From positions 1 to 39,737 of the forward strand of contig NZ_CALTWS010000001.1 of assembly GCF_943913055.1 (NCBI RefSeq): a stretch of DNA of 39,737 nt, given 5' to 3'. The first letter of the stretch is position 1. Every line of letters begins with the position of its first letter. A model generated the notes under the pieces. It made no database searches. It saw only the letters and a list, made by a program, of their open reading frames with translations, and was not told the origin of the DNA. Positions 35,401 through 39,737 of this stretch are shown here, piece by piece. The position numbers and the translations under genes were made by a program. The DNA comes from an uncultured Brevundimonas sp. (lineage in GTDB: Bacteria; Pseudomonadota; Alphaproteobacteria; Caulobacterales; Caulobacteraceae).

Positions 35401-38400
35401 GGGCGCGCGCGAGGCCCGCATAGTGGAGCGCGTCGCTCGCGCACCGCTTCGTGCGACCGAACAGGTGCGACATCCGGGTCAAGGCCTCAATCGTCGGCGT
35501 ATGCACCGTGCCGGCCACCCAGGCCCGAAGCGCGCGGCGCCGCTTGGCCGTAGCCATACCGTTACGGCAAAGGATCGCGGCTCGTTCGACGGCAATATCG
35601 CTCAGGGTCGAGAAGCCTTCGCGGTACTCGGACTGTCTCGCCTGTTCGGAGGCCTTCTCAGCCTGAACGATCCGAGCGTCGAGTCCGCCGGACGCCACCC
35701 GCCCGGTTACGACATCCGCCCCGAGGACGGACCAAGGCAGAATCGCCCCGGTCTCCGACTTGAAGATGCGGGCCTCCTCGCTACGACCGTAGGAGGCCAA
35801 GAGATCCTTACGGATGGCGTCGGACGCCAGATCCAGGAGATCGAGCGCGCCTCCGCGAAGTGCGGCGCGCAGGGCGTATGCGCGCAGAAGCGCGGGCTTT
35901 CCGTGCCCAAGCCGGGCGGACAGATCGTGAGGCAGTTTCTCCGGCACGACGCGGTCGAGAATCTGCGCCCAGGCCTCGAACTCCGCCGGTAAGGTCAGCA
36001 CCGCCGTTTCGATTGCCGCGGCGACGGCCTGCAAGACCGGCCATGGATCGCTCCACTCGTCGAGCTCCTTGAGCTTCAATCGCTTAAACGACAGAAGGCG
36101 GAGCAGTCGCTTCAGAGGTCCCGCGTCGAGAGCGCGTCCGGCGTTTCGGAGCTCCAGCGCTAGGGCGAGCAGGAGCCATACGTTGTTGCGCGCCCCAATG
36201 CCCAGTGCCTGCACGTCCTCGAAGTGTCCCAGATCAATCAGACGACGCGCCAGCATCCGCCCGGCGATGAAGGCCACAGGCCGGTGCGTCCAACGCCGCA
36301 GGAAGGCCGCCGCCTGCCGGGGGCCGTGGACGCGGAGAACGGCGTAGGCGAGGGTCACCCGGTCCTCGTGGTCCACAGTCTCGTCCCGCTCCCGCGGATC
36401 GCCGCGAGGCCGCCGCGCCCAGCTGTCGAGCCATTCCAGTGCCATACGCAGGCGGCTGGCCGCGTCGCCGGACAGCCGCGGATGATCCGCCATGATCGCC
36501 GCATCATAGGCGTGGTGGGCCCCCATCCAGTCAGACCCGAAGGTGCGTCGTGCGACCAGCTCCTCGACGCGATCGGGCGCTATCAGGGCGGATGCGAGTT
36601 CGACGTTGTTCTGGATCAGGCTGATCTGTCGGCCTTCACCGGCCGTCTCCCCGGCGGCCCTGACGGCGAGCTTCACCGCATCGAGATAGCGGTGGGTGCG
36701 GAGACAGGCTCTCAACGCGAAAATCAGCCGCTGAACCTCGACATCGCGTCGCTCGAGCGGATTGGTCTCGGGGAGGTCCTTGCCAGACAAGGCCAGGTCG
36801 ACGAGCTCCGCGTGAAATCCGCCGTCCAACAAGAGTTCGGGCAATGCGGAGGCGACGTAAGCGCTTTCAGAGGCCTGCGGACGCAGCGTCTCCACGAAAT
36901 CGATCAGTCGTTCACGTGGCGGCTTAAACGTGTCACGGAACCAGGTCTCGACGGGTTCATCCCGGAAGTGGAGGCTGTCTCCAGCGATCCGCAAAGGCGG
37001 ACCAAGGTCAGTAGCGAAGCTGCGGATCGCACCTTCGGGAACGTCGGACAGCTTCGCGAGGACGCCGATGGGAACCAGAGGTCTCAACGTCGCCAGCCCG
37101 ACGCAGATGCGATCAACCTGCTCGGCCGCCACGCCGCCTGTCTCGCTCTTGAGCTTGTTGACGGCGCCCTGCAGCAGCCCGCCGATGGCGGCGGCCACCG
37201 TGGTCGGTTCCGGCCCTAAAGCCTTGAGGACCGCGGACAAGCTGGCGTCGCCCTGCAAGGCGAGCGCTTGGACGCGGGGGTTGTGCGAGCTGAGGTAGGC
37301 GAACTCCGCCACGTCCTTTGGTGTCGCCTTGGAGAACCTGCTCCGAAGATGTTGCCCGGTCTCCATCTCATTGAACGGCTCAAGCTCAATGTGTTCAGCC
37401 TCGGCGGGCGGGTCGAAGTCGACGACACGATGGCTGCGGCTCGTGAACACCAGCCGAACGCCCTCAGGAATGGGCATGCGGATCAAGTCGCGGACGAAAG
37501 ACCCCGGATCCCCCTGTTCGCGCGCCGCCGTCTCGGCATTGTCCGCTGCATCCACGATCACGCAGATCACAGCGGTCGGGTCCAAGGCGCGGATGTGTCG
37601 CGACGCCTGTTCCAGCCGGTAGGCGAACGCCCGCATATAGCCCTTGGCGTCGGCGTGACCGGCCGGGATCAGCGGATGGCACCACCCTCGCGATGCCATT
37701 TCGTTAGCTATCTGGACAAGGCCGTCACGGTGGCGGTGCCGGAAATCCAGGGCGTTGCGGTAAAGCCCGACCCCGTAACAATCGTAGAGGACCGCGACGG
37801 AGCCCTTCGGCATGCCCTGGGCCAATCGCGCGGCGAGGACGGATTTTCCGACCCCACCGTCCGCATGGATGACGATCGGCGCCCCGGCTCCCAGGATTTC
37901 GCGGAGAATGTCAGGCTCCTGCTTTCGCGCGATTGTCCCATCCGGCGAGGGGATTCTGGACGGGGCGGGAAACAGGTCCAGTTCCGAGGTTTTCAGAGCA
38001 CGCAGGATGTCGTCACGCCGGATCGTCGGGTTGGATTCAAACTCCGTCGTGGCCTTCCGGGTGACCAACTCCTTGAGCTGAACAGGCCCATCGACATCCG
38101 CTTCGGGAAGATAGCCGCGCAGGTCCTCGCTCAGCATGTTGCGCTGGTTCCACACGTCGGGCGCGGAGCCGTCGAAATCCAGGAGGCTGAAGAAGGCTTG
38201 GACCTGCTTGCCCTTCAGACCGGTAAACCGGACGAGGCTCGCGGCTGTATCGGCGTAGGTTAGGGCGGTGCCTTCGGCCAGCTGCTTCAGTGATGTCAGG
38301 ATCGGCTTGGAGAAGCGCCGGTTGCTGATGAACTGGAACCGTACGCGACCGGACGAGAAGGCTGCCGCGAGCTGTTTGAGCCTTACTCTGTAGCGCGCGC

Positions 38401-38728
38401 CGAAGCCTGCGAGGGTTTTCTCCAGTTCCGCGGGCGTCCAAGACTTGTTGACCCGGCGCGTCGAGTGTTTGAGCTGGACATAGTGGATCGCTCTGGCGTC
38501 AGCCGGACGTTCACTGCCGAAGTAAAGTCCGACGTCGATGAGTTCGTCGCCCAAGAGACCATCGGGGCCCTCCTTGTCGACGATGGACGCGCCCTCGATC
38601 GTGACAGCGGTTAGCCCGGATTGCGGTGACAGGAGCTTGAGACTCTGACGCGCCGCCCACGCGTAGTGGAACTGGTCACCATCACGGCTCGCCCGTACGA
38701 GATCACTGCCGCTCGTTTCGGACGACAT
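32453..38728 (-). CDS. avs3a: AVAST type 3 anti-phage nuclease/STAND ATPase Avs3a (about 2091 aa)
   Basis: N-terminal LVRASRDGDQFHYAWAAR...ELIDVGLY...VQLKHST (PD-(D/E)xK-type nuclease); Walker A ADGGVGKS; Walker B VIVDAADN; long helical C-terminus. ATG 38728 is preferred over the ORF-track start at 38812. Confidence 0.9.
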   Translation of the reverse strand: MSSETSGSDLVRASRDGDQFHYAWAARQSLKLLSPQSGLTAVTIEGASIVDKEGPDGLLGDELIDVGLYFGSERPADARAIHYVQLKHSTRRVNKSWTPAELEKTLAGFGARYRVRLKQLAAAFSSGRVRFQFISNRRFSKPILTSLKQLAEGTALTYADTAASLVRFTGLKGKQVQAFFSLLDFDGSAPDVWNQRNMLSEDLRGYLPEADVDGPVQLKELVTRKATTEFESNPTIRRDDILRALKTSELDLFPAPSRIPSPDGTIARKQEPDILREILGAGAPIVIHADGGVGKSVLAARLAQGMPKGSVAVLYDCYGVGLYRNALDFRHRHRDGLVQIANEMASRGWCHPLIPAGHADAKGYMRAFAYRLEQASRHIRALDPTAVICVIVDAADNAETAAREQGDPGSFVRDLIRMPIPEGVRLVFTSRSHRVVDFDPPAEAEHIELEPFNEMETGQHLRSRFSKATPKDVAEFAYLSSHNPRVQALALQGDASLSAVLKALGPEPTTVAAAIGGLLQGAVNKLKSETGGVAAEQVDRICVGLATLRPLVPIGVLAKLSDVPEGAIRSFATDLGPPLRIAGDSLHFRDEPVETWFRDTFKPPRERLIDFVETLRPQASESAYVASALPELLLDGGFHAELVDLALSGKDLPETNPLERRDVEVQRLIFALRACLRTHRYLDAVKLAVRAAGETAGEGRQISLIQNNVELASALIAPDRVEELVARRTFGSDWMGAHHAYDAAIMADHPRLSGDAASRLRMALEWLDSWARRPRGDPRERDETVDHEDRVTLAYAVLRVHGPRQAAAFLRRWTHRPVAFIAGRMLARRLIDLGHFEDVQALGIGARNNVWLLLALALELRNAGRALDAGPLKRLLRLLSFKRLKLKELDEWSDPWPVLQAVAAAIETAVLTLPAEFEAWAQILDRVVPEKLPHDLSARLGHGKPALLRAYALRAALRGGALDLLDLASDAIRKDLLASYGRSEEARIFKSETGAILPWSVLGADVVTGRVASGGLDARIVQAEKASEQARQSEYREGFSTLSDIAVERAAILCRNGMATAKRRRALRAWVAGTVHTPTIEALTRMSHLFGRTKRCASDALHYAGLARARVEAVRDEADTQGQSLLALARAIFTVSEPEARAHFDRAIEILSRIGDENIPRWECFLHLARVAEAPGVARAETAYRMSRVGELTRSLVARDKYFDWDGTIDAVAGLDPASLFTLLSRWRDRRFGDDERLLSEAVEALIKRGQLTPRDSLAFAGVPGLWNHKDQLDAFLETAPDANTREAGIAIAFRYLRMGSRTAKDLEELRGLAVRLGLDPGVLNLPEPLVAESDFPVANPTKEEMWRGDRSERGRPYWNAIFKKLDPTDADDMRTAQRRVRAGEAPWGTDELFREAFARAGAGQEDAVVLAISQLPDFETYSLRGLVECIPIATLSRLAVKSTIKRVALQVCRANPAKVYLSAQYQTVDLERLAGVVTRAEIVDAVLAGFADGVGLYSADGLFQLARFAAEKLTPDEADEGLRYGLGLLDPLLTDEDGDGQWREALHPPAELRSALAGYLWTGLGSPTGTLRWAHAHAVRALAELGVVETLAPLLDLARQGGAGPYADQRLPFYALHARQWLLLGLNRAAVDGCTPLSAETVGLARAWLETDHVLIRGLAAELILTHGRSGRVVLEPTEQRWLEAINAPASAPVAVSRSDYDADGDKTDALKETYAFGLDAGRYMFSPLGRCFGASTARVEHMATLQVERVFGVAGRDDVRDDPRHNRGIFESMETYAGQGMTPASEGLRDYYGYHGLMLTAGELLRTRPTRLDPYAEPGAPDEFSQWLEREGLTRADGRWVSDRRDPVRLPPLPAPESYDDHTWRWGISRRRLDAIVRLDEPDLCVWGSWTSGDENRQEQVTLRSAFVSRAGGPSLLRSMQLSGEFNVYSLPSAGDDEIGRGALRLKGWIREPSPEKGLDERDGWVGGSLGWPGPRPGDDLVAALGLTADAEGRVWRDSCGEMFRAESWTWTSRRGREHENHPGDRLTVDRGRLADLLEARGEDLILAVSLRRSVERATYAKDRNDGVIEFPWPYFRIYLVSPDGIRTL

Positions 38729-38900
38729 CAAAGACAATCCAGAAGGTGCCACCAGAGCCTCTAAAGGGCACTCGCTGCCCGCCTTAGTGGAGCCGGTCGC
38801 AAAGAAAAACAACTCGACGGTGCTCTGTTGAAGGACAGTGCGTCATGATTCTCGCGTCGAACTTGGCCATCTGCAGGCAGCGGCGCGGGTGTCCCCGCCC

Positions 38901-39737
38901 TCACCAGCCGCGCCAGGCCCAATCCTCAATCGGCGGCAGTCGGTCAAACGGCGCCGAGCCGTCCAGCAGCGGATCCCGCACGTCCGCCTCCGCCAGCGCC
39001 CAAGCCCGCCAGCCGGGGTAGTCTTGGCTTGTCGCTACAGGCGAGGCGGCCGTGGCGGCGATGTAGGCGCGGATCGCTTCGGCCTCGCGATGACGCTCAG
39101 CCTGGTCGAGCAACCGCTTACCTAACGCCTCCTCCGCTTGGCGGTACGCTGTCTCGCGCCGTCGCTCAGCTTCAGCGGCCGCCCAGTCCGCCCTCCGCTT
39201 CGCATCGAACCGGCGGCGCTCGGCCAAGAACTCCAGCCCCGCCTCGATACTGGCAACAACTACCGGGAGCTGGCCTTCAAGCGGCGTCGTCAGCTCCTTG
39301 AACTCGGTCTGGATCGACAGCGACTCTCGGATTTTCAGGACCAAGTCGCCTGCCGGCACAGTGGCGCGCACGGTTTGACGCTTGGGGTCCCAACGCCGTT
39401 CGTCCTCAGTCGCCGGCCGGTGCACGATCTTGCCGCGCTCATAAAGCGCGAAGGGCAGGGTCTCGTCGCCGTCGGTCGCCGTCAGCAGCCCGCGCTCGGT
39501 CCCGACCACCAGAGACTTGCGCTCGAGTGCTTTTAGCACGGCGCTGGTCAGGCGCAGCCGGCGCTGAGCCAAGGGCGAGGTCAGGTCCTCGATATACTCC
39601 AGACCCCAACCGCGTTGGCGCGCTTCGCGGCGACGGCCAAGATTTTCGTCGATCCAGCTGCGGACGATCGGGTGGGCATGGCGCAGGTCTTTAGGCGGAG
39701 GGATCGGCTCGGCCTTTGCGAGGGCTGCTGCCAAGGC
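38901..39737 (-). CDS. Hypothetical protein (5' end outside the window)
   Basis: Frame is open to the window edge; HPIV...RRLRLTSAVLKALE, coiled-coil region, C-terminal WRAWALAEADVRDPL. Confidence 0.75.
   Translation of the reverse strand, partial: ALAAALAKAEPIPPPKDLRHAHPIVRSWIDENLGRRREARQRGWGLEYIEDLTSPLAQRRLRLTSAVLKALERKSLVVGTERGLLTATDGDETLPFALYERGKIVHRPATEDERRWDPKRQTVRATVPAGDLVLKIRESLSIQTEFKELTTPLEGQLPVVVASIEAGLEFLAERRRFDAKRRADWAAAEAERRRETAYRQAEEALGKRLLDQAERHREAEAIRAYIAATAASPVATSQDYPGWRAWALAEADVRDPLLDGSAPFDRLPPIEDWAWRGW

Larger units (their letters stand above)
25312..39737. mobile_element. tRNA-Lys-targeted integrative element, PICI/phage-satellite-like, with defence cargo (right end outside the window)
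   Basis: att fragment, integrase, AlpA, helicase, iteron-like repeats, cos-like region, terS, then HEPN/DUF4238/Avs3. Codon usage is visibly less G/C-ending than in flanking host genes. Confidence 0.85.

Noticed and set aside
38729..38812. N-terminal extension of Avs3a given by the ORF track
   Set aside because: The conserved Avs3a N-terminus (LVRASRDGDQFHY) begins just after ATG 38728; the extension looks like promoter or UTR sequence.

Overview
High-GC alphaproteobacterial chromosome segment. Gene content and repeat style suggest Caulobacteraceae, probably Brevundimonas-like (inference). Positions 1-25300 look like host genome: the 3' part of udgX, an Mla/MCE-type ABC transporter operon, scoA/scoB with an unannotated small membrane-protein ORF between them, an SGNH+MBOAT O-acyltransferase cluster, an S9 peptidase, the four-gene Anbu operon, a TMEM43-like gene, a secreted protein, a HisKA_3/NarL two-component pair, a divergently split yjf (PspA/GspS-like) cluster and a 2H phosphoesterase, plus two REP doublets. 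At 25312 a displaced 3' fragment of a tRNA-Lys marks the att boundary of an integrated element that runs past the right edge of the window. The element carries a P4-like tyrosine integrase, an in-frame FseA-like (DUF6499-DUF2285) activator, AlpA, an AAA_25 helicase, an iteron-like GGGACA/TGTCCC cluster, a cos-like region and a P27-family small terminase. No large terminase or capsid gene is visible. Defence-type cargo follows: a putative HEPN protein, a DUF4238 protein and Avs3a/Avs3b. The best candidate for something new is a PICI-like phage satellite controlled by an ICE-type activator and armed with a terminase-sensing Avs3 system. All family calls come from recognising motifs by eye; no database search was run.
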